The notes below the pieces were generated by a model. The model was not told where the DNA came from and made no database searches. It was given only the letters and a program-made list of their open reading frames with translations. Positions 38,696 to 49,285 of a stretch of 64,000 nt of DNA are shown piece by piece. Within the stretch, counting starts at the first letter, position 1; every line of letters begins with the position of its first letter. The DNA comes from a virus. The translations under genes were made by a program, and so were the position numbers. The stretch lies in IMG/VR virus record IMGVR_UViG_3300036791_000462, positions 43,111 through 107,110 of that record. The stretch is one strand, 5' to 3'.

Positions 38696-40789
38696 TCAGT
38701 GCTTGCCGTTGCCGTTGGCTGCCGCTTCGGCGAGCATCTGGTCCACGACCTCGCCGATCTCCTCGTCCCAGAAGCGCATGATCTCCTCGACACGTTCGGG
38801 GCTCAGGCCCTCGTCGGCTGCGGCCTGCTGCATCTGCTGTCCCTGTCCCTGGTTGCCCTGGTACTGAGACGAGAAGCCCTGAGCGCCGTACGGGTTCATC
38901 TCGCCGTCGGGGCCTTGCCCCGGCACCATCGCCTGCGGCGCGAACGGATTCGGCCCGGACGGAATCAACGGTGGTGCTGGCCCTCCGCCGCCGCCGGGTT
39001 GCGCGTCGGTGGGGGGAGGTCCGGCCATCTGCTGGGCCATCAGCGGATCGACATACCCCTCAGGAAGGATTCGCTCGACGGCGGCGGCCGGGTCGGCGAG
39101 TTCGAGCCCCTGGCCGAGCGCGACAGCGAGCAGCGTCCGGCTTAGCTCAAGGTTGGTGTTGTTCGGATCGAACGTGCGCGCCAGGTTCGCGATGCTGGTT
39201 ATCAGGTCGGACATCTGCCGCTTGAGCGGCGAGGGCATCGAGAACTCGTAGCTGAGGTTGCGTTCCGTGTCCTCCTCATCCTCCGTCTGGCCGTGGTAGG
39301 CCTCAGTCAGGCCCTGCGCGCCGTAGACGGCGGTATCCATCGGCTCGGTCATCGAGGACGGCGGCTCTGTCTGTGCGGGTGACGGTGGCGTCGCGCCCTC
39401 CCCGCCGGGCACCTGCTCGCCGGGCTGCTTGGACTTCAGCTTCGCGCGTTCCTCCGGGGTCAGTTGCGTCGGGAGCGTCCCGGCGTCCACCGCCTTCTGG
39501 ATCACCCGGTCTGTGAACGTGCGAAACAGGCCCTCGAACAGTTCCTGGAACGCCTCGACCTTCTTCATCACCGGCAACTCCAGCGACGCAGCGGTCGCAA
39601 GGTTCGCGTTTGACTGGTCGCCGAGATAGTGCTGCGGCCACGTTCCGGCGGAGATCTGGGAGCGGATCATCTGCGCGTCCTGGGACGCTTGCGCCGCCTG
39701 GGTGGAGACGGAGAACGGTTCGGTCGTGACGCCCGCTGATTCGTTCAGCATCGACGCCGGTCGCGGCCCTGGTGTGATCACCCCCGCGTCCGGCGAGTCA
39801 ATCGACGTGGCAGCGAGCGTCGAGGTGCGCGACAGTGCCTGCGCGGCGATAGCCGCGACCTGCTGCGGAGAGCCCTTGACAGTTCTCCTCATGATGAACG
39901 CTGCCGCTGCCTGGGTCATGTCCACCCGTGCGGCCATGAAGTCGTTCAGCGCCGCCATCCACTTGACCATTCGGCGCATCGCGGGGATGCCGAACACCTG
40001 CTCGGTGCCCCGGTTGATCGCGATGTGGTAGACGAGCCCTTCGCCGAGCTTCTCCGGTGGGCACGGCGGATCTTCGGTCAGCAGCAACCCTGTTTCGGAG
40101 TCGGTCGCGGCGAGCGACTGGTAATACTGGACGACGGGCTGACCGCCCTGCTGCAGGCTCGCCGCCGACTTCAGGCTGACGCGGTCCATCGTGTAGTCCC
40201 ACTGGTATTCACGTCTGCGGGCGACGTAGTAGAGGACGCGCAGGCGGTTCTGGGAATCGCGGACGGCGTCCTCCACGAGATCGTGGTTGAGCATCCCGAG
40301 CTTGACCTTCCCGTCGTCGCCGTTCTCGAAGAACAGGATGAACAGGTTCGACTGAAGCACCAGGTCGGTGCAGAGCGCCACCTGGGCGGGGAACGTCGTC
40401 AGCGCCGCCATGTTGTCCGGATCCGACCACGCCTCGTCCACGACTTCCTGCACCTTCTCGTCCACGCACTTGGGCTTCGGGACACCGCGACCAAAGATGA
40501 ACTGGCAGGAGATGTCCACGTTCGCCCCGGCGACGGGATCCTGAATCCAGACCATCCGGGCCTGCGCGGCCATCTTCCGGCGCTCGATAGCCTTGACCTC
40601 CTGCGGCTGCCCGCCGATCTGGTCAAGGACGTAGTAGCCGAGCATGTCGAGTTCCTTCTGCATCGCCCGGCGCTCGACATCGCTGGCCTCAAGCAGTTGC
40701 AGGCGGTCCTGGTCAACGACCGTCTTGCCGGTGCGCTGCTCGACGGCCTCCTGGAGCTTGCCGATCAGGCCGCTACTTCCCCGCGCCAT
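38696..40789 (-). CDS. Portal protein
   Basis: DPVAG..VD....FIFGRG, HIAINR....FGIP, PQHYLGD..NANLATA.SLELP; position between TerL and MuF. Confidence 0.85.
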   Translation of the reverse strand: MARGSSGLIGKLQEAVEQRTGKTVVDQDRLQLLEASDVERRAMQKELDMLGYYVLDQIGGQPQEVKAIERRKMAAQARMVWIQDPVAGANVDISCQFIFGRGVPKPKCVDEKVQEVVDEAWSDPDNMAALTTFPAQVALCTDLVLQSNLFILFFENGDDGKVKLGMLNHDLVEDAVRDSQNRLRVLYYVARRREYQWDYTMDRVSLKSAASLQQGGQPVVQYYQSLAATDSETGLLLTEDPPCPPEKLGEGLVYHIAINRGTEQVFGIPAMRRMVKWMAALNDFMAARVDMTQAAAAFIMRRTVKGSPQQVAAIAAQALSRTSTLAATSIDSPDAGVITPGPRPASMLNESAGVTTEPFSVSTQAAQASQDAQMIRSQISAGTWPQHYLGDQSNANLATAASLELPVMKKVEAFQELFEGLFRTFTDRVIQKAVDAGTLPTQLTPEERAKLKSKQPGEQVPGGEGATPPSPAQTEPPSSMTEPMDTAVYGAQGLTEAYHGQTEDEEDTERNLSYEFSMPSPLKRQMSDLITSIANLARTFDPNNTNLELSRTLLAVALGQGLELADPAAAVERILPEGYVDPLMAQQMAGPPPTDAQPGGGGGPAPPLIPSGPNPFAPQAMVPGQGPDGEMNPYGAQGFSSQYQGNQGQGQQMQQAAADEGLSPERVEEIMRFWDEEIGEVVDQMLAEAAANGNGKH

Positions 40790-40939
40790 CTGGGACCACC
40801 ACCCTCCACCCTTCGAGGCGCGCGCTGGGCACGCACTCGATCTCGCAGTTGAGCGCGTCCTCGATCACGGCCTGGCCGCTTTCTGGTAGATCGAGGACGT
40901 ACACGAGTTGGCGCTCGTTGGTCAGATACAGCCGCTCGG

Positions 40940-41308
40940 TTAGCGGTCGTGTTCTCGGTCCGTTAGCCACCGGTCGCGCTCCTGGGCCTCTGCGGCGAGC
41001 GCCAGCGCGTCGTTGCGCTCACGATCTTCAGGGTGCCCGGCGGTCAGGTCGCCGTGGCGGTTCAGTAGTGGGCGGACGGTCTTGGAGGCAATGTAGGCCT
41101 CGCGGTCTTTGCGCCATGTCGGGCAGGTCTGGTAGCCCTCGGCGTTGAAGCAGTACGCCGCTAGCGTCGAGGGGTCGTGGCGGCTGTCGATCACGTCTGA
41201 GGTGATCCGGCAAGCGCACCCCGTGCCACCTGCTGCCTCAGCCACGAGAGAGCCTGCGGGGCACGGGGGTTCGTTCGGATGGGGAACGACGATGCGCTCG
41301 TACTCCAT
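40940..41308 (-). CDS. Cys-containing hypothetical protein
   Basis: 122 aa upstream of portal. Confidence 0.5.
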   Translation of the reverse strand: MEYERIVVPHPNEPPCPAGSLVAEAAGGTGCACRITSDVIDSRHDPSTLAAYCFNAEGYQTCPTWRKDREAYIASKTVRPLLNRHGDLTAGHPEDRERNDALALAAEAQERDRWLTDREHDR

Positions 41309-41740
41309 GCGGCCACCTTACCGCCGCTCAGAGCATCTTCCTCAGAGGAAAATCTCTCCCCGGTCGCGAGCGGCATCGTGTTTCGCCGGGGAGCCGGTAC
41401 GGGCCGCGATGCCCGCCCTGCGAGTGTGACGCATTGCCTGCTCGCGGGAATTTGCGCCCGCCTCCAGGTTGCTCCGCTCTCACTGTGCAAGCTCAGCCTA
41501 ACACATCACGTGCGATAGCGGTCGAGTGCTTCGGCGGCGATCTCAGCGAACCGCTCCAGCGCGACGCGGTAGTGCTCGCGCTCGACGCTGAGCCTGAGGA
41601 TCTCGGCGGCGAGGCGCTTCGCGTCGGTGAGCGCTTCCCCGGAGTCGCAGTAGGCGTCGGTGCCGGGGGGACCGTCGGAGTAGAACTCCACCCGCGCGAT
41701 CACGTCATCGACCGACTCGTCCCTGCGCCCCGGTTCAGAG

Positions 41741-42088
41741 TCAGGCATCCTCCACAGTGTCGCGCCTCAGCTTGGTGATGACCTCATCGAATGTTCGGTG
41801 CAGACGGTCGTCCCATCCAGGCGGCATCTCCAGTTCCTCGGGTCGCATCGCCTCGCGCATCAGCTTCAGGCGGATCGCGATGCTGTCCCAGCCGTAGCGC
41901 CACAGCCAGCCGACGCACACGACCTCCTTCTCGGCCTGCGACTGGTGGCAGGCGAAGACCGGAGCCCCGAACTGGTCGTCGGTGGTTCGCACGAGTTCTT
42001 CAGCGAGGTCCAGCGAGAAGTTGGGGATCTCGTCGGCGTGCTGGTCGATGCGCCACGGACACGATGGGCAGGGCTGCCGCTCGCTCAT
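41741..42088 (-). CDS. DUF6283-like Cys-rich phage protein
   Basis: PCPSCPWR...FACHQS....CVGWL. Confidence 0.6.
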   Translation of the reverse strand: MSERQPCPSCPWRIDQHADEIPNFSLDLAEELVRTTDDQFGAPVFACHQSQAEKEVVCVGWLWRYGWDSIAIRLKLMREAMRPEELEMPPGWDDRLHRTFDEVITKLRRDTVEDA

Positions 42089-42601
42089 TTCGATTGCCTC
42101 GCATGCTGCCAGCAGTAGTCGCTGTCGTTGGCTTGGGTCCGCTCGCACCGAATGCCAGCCTTGGTGGTCGCTTTGCAGCGCACGTCCTGTGCCAGGTCGT
42201 AGGTGCTCCTACCCCACTGGCGCTGGCGTGCCGGGACGACCTTGAGCGGGCCGGGGTTGATGTTGAATCGACCGGCGCTTTGACCCACTGTCGCGCTCGT
42301 TGTCGCCTCGGTCGCCGCCGCGCAGGACGAGCACATCTGCACGCTGATCAGTCCGGGAATCGAACTGGCGATCCGCAGCGACGTGGTGGCCTCGGCCGTG
42401 CAGCAGCCGACGACGGTCGGGTGGTTGACCGAACACAGGCAATGGCAGCCCATCAGCCCGGTGTCCTTACGTGGGTCTTGCCGGTGCGCTCACGCACGCG
42501 GCGGATCTCGCGGTCGCGGATCTTGATCGTCGGGCACCAGCGGTCATCGACCCGCCAACCCCAGCGCGCTTTGCGGACCTGGATCACGCCACTCTGGCCC
42601 A

Positions 42602-43093
42602 TCAGTGGAACTCCACGAGCCCGTCGTCGGCTGCTAGCTCGAACGCCCGCCGCCAGGTGACGTACTCCTCGTAGTAGCTCCCTGGCGCGTTGTCGTCGCG
42701 CGCCTGCTCGTCATGCTCGGCGAATGCCTGAGCGATTCGTTTGGCCGGACCGGGTCCGATGATCCCCTCGTTGTCGGCGAAGTGGATCAGTTCGAAGAAC
42801 GGCTTGTCGGCGTACTCCTCGGGGTTGTTCCAGGCCGTGCTGGCCGGGACGCCGAGCGCCACATGGCTGAGCCAGTCGCGGAAGGCGTTGTAGCTGCTGT
42901 AGCTGCCCGCCGGGAAGTCGAACCGCTGCTCGTAGGAGTAGTACCCCGCCTTGCAGCCGTCGGCGCGGTCGGCGAAGTCGCGGTTGGGGTAGGCGTACTC
43001 GTACCCCTGGTCGAGCATGTCGTCGTAGTTGTAGCCGTCGCCCTCGGCAGTCATGAACCTGGCCTTGCTCAGCGCGGTCACATCCAAACCCAT
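42602..43093 (-). CDS. Conserved hypothetical protein
   Basis: MGLD...GSYSSYNAFR...PFFELIHFADNEG.IG...V.FH. Confidence 0.65.
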   Translation of the reverse strand: MGLDVTALSKARFMTAEGDGYNYDDMLDQGYEYAYPNRDFADRADGCKAGYYSYEQRFDFPAGSYSSYNAFRDWLSHVALGVPASTAWNNPEEYADKPFFELIHFADNEGIIGPGPAKRIAQAFAEHDEQARDDNAPGSYYEEYVTWRRAFELAADDGLVEFH

Positions 43094-43324
43094 CAGAGGA
43101 TCCCCTCTCGTTCTCGTGCGTAGCTGATCAGTGCGTCTCGCGCCTCGGCATACGCGGTGATCCGCCGGTTGATCTCATGGGCGGCTTGTTCACGGGCGTC
43201 CGGCTCGCGCGTGTCCACGCCGAGCTTGCCCTGGAGCCCGTCGATCATCGCTTCGGCGGCGGTCATGTAGGCGGTGGTCAGGCCCAGGAGCGTCAGCCAC
43301 TCCTGGACCATCGGGTCGCTCACC

Positions 43325-44038
43325 TCAGGCATCGTCCCGCCTCGCGCACCGCGAACAGGTGATCGCCCCCTCGGTCTTCTCGTACAGGGACGAGCGTCGC
43401 AGCAGCGCTCCGCACACCAGCCGGGTCGCCCCGTCGATCTGGGCAGCGAGGTGGACGTTCGTCCCCTGTCGTCCGTAGAGCTTGATCCGGAACGTGTCGG
43501 TGGCGGCGTCGAGCGCGGCGCGCTTGGCGGCTTTGCGCTCGCGCTCACGCTGCTCCCACCGTGCCGACTCGGGGTCTTGAAACGCGACGTGCCCGTAGAA
43601 GTTCACGTCGAAGTAGTCCACCTGGACCTCTGAGCCGTCGTGGTTGTAGGCGTTGTGGATCCGTTCCAGGGTCATCTTCGCGACGGCGGCCTCATCGGTC
43701 AGGATGCTGTGCGCGGTCGCTCCCTCACGCGCGTCGCCACGCGCGGCGCACCACATGTTCGGGCAGCCGGTCGCGACGGAGCTTCCGTCTTCGAACGTGC
43801 GGCGGCTGCCGGGGACGATCCCCTCGCACTCGGTCCAGGCGTCGGCGCAGTCCTTGACGCGCACGTTGATCGAGCTTCCCCCGGAGAAGCTCTCGCTGAC
43901 GACGCTGTACTTCCAGCGCTCCGGGAGCATCCCGTCCCTGATCGCGCGTTTGATGTCAGCGCGGATCAGCTTCGCGATGTCGGTGGTCGAGAGCCCTTTC
44001 TGCTGCTCGTATTTGTAGCCGTAGCTGCGTTCGTACAT
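43325..44038 (-). CDS. LPD29-like (large-polyvalent-protein-associated) domain protein
   Basis: IAKLIRADIK...KYSV....FSGGSSINVRV...YNHDGS....DYFDVNFY. Confidence 0.7.
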   Translation of the reverse strand: MYERSYGYKYEQQKGLSTTDIAKLIRADIKRAIRDGMLPERWKYSVVSESFSGGSSINVRVKDCADAWTECEGIVPGSRRTFEDGSSVATGCPNMWCAARGDAREGATAHSILTDEAAVAKMTLERIHNAYNHDGSEVQVDYFDVNFYGHVAFQDPESARWEQRERERKAAKRAALDAATDTFRIKLYGRQGTNVHLAAQIDGATRLVCGALLRRSSLYEKTEGAITCSRCARRDDA

Positions 44039-44044
44039 CAGTGT

Positions 44045-44103
44045 CTCCTCGGTCGTGCGACCTTCTCTGGCCGCACCTACATCATAGCACACGTCGTGCG
44101 TCA
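44045..44103 (-). promoter_or_regulatory. Repeated cassette (palindrome 44085-44103)
   Basis: TAGCACAC-GTC-GTGCGTCA, TGCTATGAT, GTAGGTGCGG leader, CGACCGAGGAG; upstream stop at 44101. Confidence 0.8.
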
Positions 44104-44228
44104 CTGGGTGGTCACGATCAGCGCCGCGACCACCATCAGGAAAGCGACAGCGAACGCGCAGTACGCGAGTGCGTAGGCCACCGTGTCGGAGGTCAGGAAC
44201 CAGTCGATGAAACGGTGGAAGCGTTCCA

Positions 44229-44873
44229 TCAGAATTGCGGCCCTTCCGCGACGGCGTCGTTCGCGGCGTCGTTCGCGGCGTCGCGGCGCTCCTGGCGCTT
44301 CTCCTCCAGGAACTCCTGCCACTCGTCGGCGTCGGTCGGCTCGCCCTTCTCGTCAACCTCGCCCTCGTACTCATCGGCGAACTCCGACTCGTCGGCGTCG
44401 GGGTCGTCCATGCCCTCGATCTCATCGGCCATCGACTCGATCTCGTCGGCGGCGGACTCGCACGCCTCGGCCTTCTCGCGGATCTCCTCGCTCTGCTGCG
44501 TCTCGTGCCCGAAGCCGTCTTCCATGTTGTCGGCCGATTCGGTGTAGCTCTCGCTGGCCTCGCGCACGCCGTTCGCGTACTCGCGGACGATCTCGGCCAG
44601 GTCGGTCAGGGTCGCTTCGGGCACCTGCGCGAGCGCGTCTTCGGCGGCTTCCTGCGCGGCGTAGATCGTCTGCAGGTGCGGGCTGGTGGTCTGGTCGGAC
44701 GGGCGGATCCGGCAGTTGGCGCAGAAGTTCTTGCGCTGGCTGTAGCGGCCGATCCGGTTCGCGAACCACTTATACGGCTGGCCTGGCAGGATCTCGGTGC
44801 CGCACTTGATGCAGCGGCGGCTGTGGCCGTCCTTGCGCCCCTTGGCGCTCTTGACGTATGTGACTCGGGCCAT
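44229..44873 (-). CDS. Zn-finger + highly acidic coiled-coil protein
   Basis: CIKC...CANC then a long D/E-rich helix. Confidence 0.6.
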   Translation of the reverse strand: MARVTYVKSAKGRKDGHSRRCIKCGTEILPGQPYKWFANRIGRYSQRKNFCANCRIRPSDQTTSPHLQTIYAAQEAAEDALAQVPEATLTDLAEIVREYANGVREASESYTESADNMEDGFGHETQQSEEIREKAEACESAADEIESMADEIEGMDDPDADESEFADEYEGEVDEKGEPTDADEWQEFLEEKRQERRDAANDAANDAVAEGPQF

Positions 44874-45083
44874 CGTTCTCCTCTGGTGGTCAGTCGCCGT
44901 CGTTGCCCCTCAGGGCCTCGGACAGCGAACGGGTGAGCATCTCCTCGGCGCGCGCCGCGTCGCCCCGGCGGAGCCAGTAGTCGTGCGACTCGCGTCCCGC
45001 CTGCTCCAGGTAGTCCCAGTAGCTCTCGCCGCCGTAGTTGGTGCGCTGCGCGTCGCGAGCAGCCTGGACCTCGTAGGTTTTCA

Positions 45084-45407
45084 TCACGCCTCCCTGGTGA
45101 TCGCGTCACCGAAGTCGTAGGAACGGAAGCTCGACGCGCGGTAGGCAACCTCGCCGACCTCGTCGGCGTAGACGTTGCGCTGCTCGCCCTTGATCCAGAC
45201 CTTCGCGCCGCGCTTGAAGACGCGGCGGACGACGTAGGTGTCGTCCCAGTCGAGGTCCACGGTGACGCTGTAGCCAGCGCCGACCTTCAGCGTGACCCCG
45301 GTGTCGCGGCGTTCGATCCTTCCGCCGCTGATCGCGAGGATGTTCATCCGCCCGATCTGCACAACGGTTTGTTGCACGTCGCACGAGCGAAACGTTTCGG
45401 TTGTCAT
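45084..45407 (-). CDS. Hypothetical protein
   Basis: Follows cassette; QIG...LAISG...DDTY.V...E..NVYADE. Confidence 0.6.
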   Translation of the reverse strand: MTTETFRSCDVQQTVVQIGRMNILAISGGRIERRDTGVTLKVGAGYSVTVDLDWDDTYVVRRVFKRGAKVWIKGEQRNVYADEVGEVAYRASSFRSYDFGDAITREA

Positions 45408-45413
45408 GGCATC

Positions 45414-45473
45414 TCCTCGGTCGTTGGAGCGGCTCTCTCACCGCACCTACAGCATAGCACAGGTCGTGTGCTA
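45414..45473 (-). promoter_or_regulatory. Repeated cassette (palindrome 45455-45473)
   Basis: TAGCACAG-GTC-GTGTGCTA; upstream stop at 45471. Confidence 0.8.
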
Positions 45474-45823
45474 GCGGATGCGACTGACGCCACGTTGGCG
45501 GTCGTCGGACGGCCACGCTCGCCAGCAGACCATCGGGATATCGAGATGAAGCTCGAACGCGGGTTTGCGACCGCGCAGCTTGACGAAGGCGTACGCGCGC
45601 ACGTGCGGGTGCTCGACCTGCACCTGGTCGATGTGCTCGTGGATCATCACGAACTGGAAGGTGTTGATCCCCTGCGGGTCGAGGCGCTTGACGAGGTGCG
45701 GCGGTAGCTGGCGGTTGTAGCCAGCGGCCCTGGCGCGCTGGATCGCGGCCATCAGTTGCTTGTAGTTGCACCAGCGGCCTGCCTGCACGTCGCCGGGGAG
45801 CTTCTGGATCAGGTCGGGGTCAG

Positions 45824-46780
45824 TCATCGGACTAGCTCGAAAACCCTGCGCTTGAAGATCAGCGGCTTGCCGTCCGGACCCTTGACGTACGGGGCGATCC
45901 AGATCTGGCGGTAGATCGTGCGCCTGGTCCCGTCGTCGTCGCGCTCGATGTACGGCTGGTTGCGCCAGTGGCCCTGCACCATCCAGCGGTGCGACCACTG
46001 AACGTCACGCTCGTCACCCTCGTACTCGGGCGTGTTCTTGGCGCGGCGCAGGGTGAACACGACAACCTCGCGGATGTCCCGCCAGGTCGCCTTGGCGCGT
46101 TTCCAGACCGGCCGGGCGGCGCGTTCGCGGAACGGGATCGCGACTTCCTGCTGGCAGAGGCGGAAGAAGACCTTCACGTGCGCGAGCACGTCGCGGATCG
46201 TTTCGTCGTCGTCGTAGACCTTGGATGCCTGCTCGAAGCGCATGAACGTCGCGTACTCCAGCACCAGGTCGGACCCTCCGACGCGGCTGTCGTGGTAGAC
46301 GGCGTCATCCACCGGGTCGCCGTCGCCCCGGTGGGAGTAGAGCGCGATCAGCAGCCCGGTGCGTTCGGGGTTGATGCTCCACTCGAACGCGCGGAACGGC
46401 ATCTGCAGCCCGCGCGTGTCGGTGACGTACACCGGCTTGGCGAAGTAGGCGAAGCCGTCGGGGACCATCAGGTCGGTCAGGATCAGCGGCTCGGGTCTGA
46501 ACTTCTCGGCGGCGAAGTCGATCAGTTCGACCAGGTCGCCGCTGACGTAGAACGGGTCACACTCAGGCAGGCTGGTCGTGACGAGGTGCACCAGGTTGGA
46601 CGCATAGTCGTCCAGGTTCACGTTCGTGAAGTCACCTGTCAGCGGGTCGTACGCGCCCGCGCGGATCAGGGCGCGCACGAACCCGTCAAGGTACTCGCGC
46701 CCCTCAAGCGTGCCGAACGAGCGCAGCAGCGATGTCTGCGCGTCGAGCGCTGTGTCCCACCCTTCGTTGCGAACAGTCAC
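45824..46780 (-). CDS. Conserved phage hypothetical protein (GHWR motif)
   Basis: SHRWMVQGHWRNQPY...IWIAPYVKGP. Confidence 0.7.
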   Translation of the reverse strand: MTVRNEGWDTALDAQTSLLRSFGTLEGREYLDGFVRALIRAGAYDPLTGDFTNVNLDDYASNLVHLVTTSLPECDPFYVSGDLVELIDFAAEKFRPEPLILTDLMVPDGFAYFAKPVYVTDTRGLQMPFRAFEWSINPERTGLLIALYSHRGDGDPVDDAVYHDSRVGGSDLVLEYATFMRFEQASKVYDDDETIRDVLAHVKVFFRLCQQEVAIPFRERAARPVWKRAKATWRDIREVVVFTLRRAKNTPEYEGDERDVQWSHRWMVQGHWRNQPYIERDDDGTRRTIYRQIWIAPYVKGPDGKPLIFKRRVFELVR

Positions 46781-46804
46781 GTCAGGTTCCTCGGTCGGTA
46801 CTGC

Positions 46805-47230
46805 TTACCTGTCAGTGTACTCAAGCTCGAAGTAGCGCGCGACACGCGGGTCTTCGCGCATCCCGTCCAGTCGTGCGAACACCTCATCGAAGTAGGTGCG
46901 CAGCCCCTTCTGGGAGAACCGGGCGACCGGCTCTGAGCGCGTCAGCCCAAGCCCCTCGAACAGGGTGTAACTCTGTGAGGTGCCGATCCGTCGTCCGTCC
47001 TGGTAGATCGTCTCCTCGGTGACGCGGCTGATTGACGAGTAGTAGCTCCGGGGGCTGGTGTTGCCGCTGAAGTAGTTGATGCCGCCCTTCGTGTAGCCGA
47101 CGCGGAAGCTGGCGTACTCGCGGCGCTCCTCGCCGTCGCGTCCGCCGTTGTCGGTGCTGACAAGAAAGTCGGCGGTGATCGTCCGCGCGTTCGTGTTGAC
47201 GGTGATGCGCGGTTCGGTGGTGGTAGTCAT
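46805..47230 (-). CDS. Hypothetical protein
   Basis: CGACCGAGGAG RBS. Confidence 0.6.
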   Translation of the reverse strand: MTTTTEPRITVNTNARTITADFLVSTDNGGRDGEERREYASFRVGYTKGGINYFSGNTSPRSYYSSISRVTEETIYQDGRRIGTSQSYTLFEGLGLTRSEPVARFSQKGLRTYFDEVFARLDGMREDPRVARYFELEYTDR

Positions 47231-47274
47231 GGTTCTCCTCGGTCGTGTTGGTCAGGCGGTCGCGGCCCGGAAGA

Positions 47275-47694
47275 TCACCCGTAGACGATCTCTCCGAGCA
47301 GCGCGACCTGGGCGATCACGTCGGCAGCATCAGCGTCGATGTTCCCGGCGTCGTTCTCAGCGTCGGCGACCATGATCATCGCCCGCAGCCGGTCGTTGAT
47401 TCCGATCTCGCCGCGCTTGATCTTGCCGAGCCCTCGCGCGACGGCGTCGAAGTCAAGGTCGAGCCCCTCGTCCTTGTAGCCCGTCTCGTCGTCGTTCATC
47501 TCGTGCAACGTGGCGCGTGTGTCGTCGCCCTGCCGCTTGCCGGTGTAGACGCTGAGCTTGCCGTCGAAGATCCCGGAGTAGTCGCCATACTGGTACTGGC
47601 TCACCTGTGCCCAGTAGCCGGTCCCGCCCTCGACGGCGGTGGTGATGATGTCGGCGAGGAACTGTTTGCGCTCCTCGGTTCTGGCTCGTGTCAT
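47275..47694 (-). CDS. Conserved phage hypothetical protein
   Basis: TAVEGG.GYW...IDADAAD.I.Q.AL.GEIVYG. Confidence 0.65.
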   Translation of the reverse strand: MTRARTEERKQFLADIITTAVEGGTGYWAQVSQYQYGDYSGIFDGKLSVYTGKRQGDDTRATLHEMNDDETGYKDEGLDLDFDAVARGLGKIKRGEIGINDRLRAMIMVADAENDAGNIDADAADVIAQVALLGEIVYG

Positions 47695-47898
47695 CGGTTA
47701 CCTCCCCAGCTTGTCCAGCGCCACGCTGATCCGCGCGGCGGCTGAGCCGATCCTGGCGCGCTCGCCGAGGGTGGATCCGCGTTCGTCCAGCACCTCGCCG
47801 AGGTCCATCACCTCGCTCAGCGCGGTCTTGAGTAGCTCGCGGACGGTGAGTTCGCCGAGCGTTCGTGTTGCTCGTAACGTCTCCTGTCCCATGTGTTC

Positions 47899-47956
47899 CT
47901 CCTCGGTCATTGCGGTCTTCTGACCGCACCTACATCGTAGCACACATCGTGCGTCA
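47899..47956 (-). promoter_or_regulatory. Repeated cassette (palindrome 47938-47956)
   Basis: TAGCACAC-ATC-GTGCGTCA, TGCGGTC/GACCGCA hairpin; upstream stop at 47954. Confidence 0.75.
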
Positions 47957-48547
47957 GTCGCTGGGAAGGTACAGGCCCTTCGGGTTGCGCGTCGTGGTCA
48001 TCCCGACGATGTCGATGGGCACGTACCCCTCCATCCCCGACTCGCAGATCGCGTCGATGATCTCTCCCGCAGGCCAGCCCTCGACGGGCGCGTGCGCGAG
48101 CGCGATCCACCCCGCCTCGTCCAACGGCCCGAGCATCTCCAGGAACGCGAGCGCCGACGGCGAGAACGGCTCGCGCGGCGTCAGCTTGATCACCGGGCCG
48201 GTTGCCGAGTTCGGGCGGCCCCACGCCCAGATCAGGCCCTTGCCGTGCGGACGGTGCCGAACGTTGGCTTTGCCGACCCAGACGCCCTGGACGGTCTGGT
48301 CGTAGCTCCAGAGCGTCGGGTCAACGATCACCGCCTTGTCGGCGTAGCAGTCGTCGCCGAGCACCAGCCAGGAGTGCTGGCCGGGTACGCCCTGGCAGAA
48401 CCCGCGTGCTACACGGCAGGTGCCGAAGCGCCCGGAGCGCATCAGCGCGACGCTCGCGGCGTGGCAGCGGTGTGCCCAGTCGTCCAGTGGCGCGAGTGTC
48501 TGTTCAGCCAGGTCGGCTAGGGCGACCCGGAAGGGTTCGTAGGTCAC
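47954..48547 (-). CDS. Hypothetical protein with Cys-His-Asp (transglutaminase-like) spacing
   Basis: HRCHAAS...QHSW...VDPT; GTG start inferred. Confidence 0.5.
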   Translation of the reverse strand: MTYEPFRVALADLAEQTLAPLDDWAHRCHAASVALMRSGRFGTCRVARGFCQGVPGQHSWLVLGDDCYADKAVIVDPTLWSYDQTVQGVWVGKANVRHRPHGKGLIWAWGRPNSATGPVIKLTPREPFSPSALAFLEMLGPLDEAGWIALAHAPVEGWPAGEIIDAICESGMEGYVPIDIVGMTTTRNPKGLYLPSD

Positions 48548-49019
48548 CGCCCGTACAGCGCCTGGGAGCGCCTGTCGCGCGCCTCGGCAGCGAGGTCGCG
48601 CACCGGTGCGGTCTTGCCCGTCTTGACGAGCGATGCCAGGCCCACGAGCCCGATGAACTCGCCCTCCAGTGTCTGGACGTAGCACATGCCCATCGTCCCG
48701 TTGGCGGGGCAGCCGAACGGCTGGGTCTTCTGCACCTCGCGGCCTGCGTAGGCCATCACGCGAGCGCTTGTCAGGTCGAGCAGCCCTCCCGGCTCAAGCC
48801 GGTAGACAGCCTTGTTCTTGGTCTTCGCCATCACGCCACCTCCTCCATTTCGATCTCGGCCTCGTAGAGCGTCTGGCCCAGCCGGTCGGCGCAGCGTGCG
48901 CACGACAGGTACCAGTCGAGCACCGGGTGCTTGCACGCGCCCTCTGCGGCCCGGTCGCATTTCGCGAACGCTTGGCAGCGGACGTTGTCGCTGGCCTCCA
49001 GTGTCTTCGTCATGTCGCC

Positions 49020-49084
49020 CTCCTCGGTCGGTTGGTGCGGCCCCTCTGACCGCACCACCAGTATAGCGCACATCGTGTGCTCTA
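49020..49084 (-). promoter_or_regulatory. Repeated cassette (palindrome 49064-49082)
   Basis: TAGCGCAC-ATC-GTGTGCTC, TATACT, GGTGCGG/CCGCACC hairpin. Confidence 0.8.
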
Positions 49085-49285
49085 GCTGACGCTGCTGAGG
49101 ACGCCGTCCACGATCTGGTAGTTGACGGGCTCGTCGCTCTCGACAACGCGCGTGTCGCGGACCAGGGTCCAGCGCATGGACAGGTCGCGAACGTACATCT
49201 GCGCCTCGGCCTCGGTCGCGAAGCGCAGCGCGTTCCCGGCCCACGTGCCGCTGTCGTCAGCGATCACCTCTGCTTTGAAGCTCAT
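49082..49285 (-). CDS. Small conserved phage protein
   Basis: WAGNALRFATEAEA..Y..DL..RW..V.DTRV.ESD.PVNY. Confidence 0.6.
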   Translation of the reverse strand: MSFKAEVIADDSGTWAGNALRFATEAEAQMYVRDLSMRWTLVRDTRVVESDEPVNYQIVDGVLSSVS

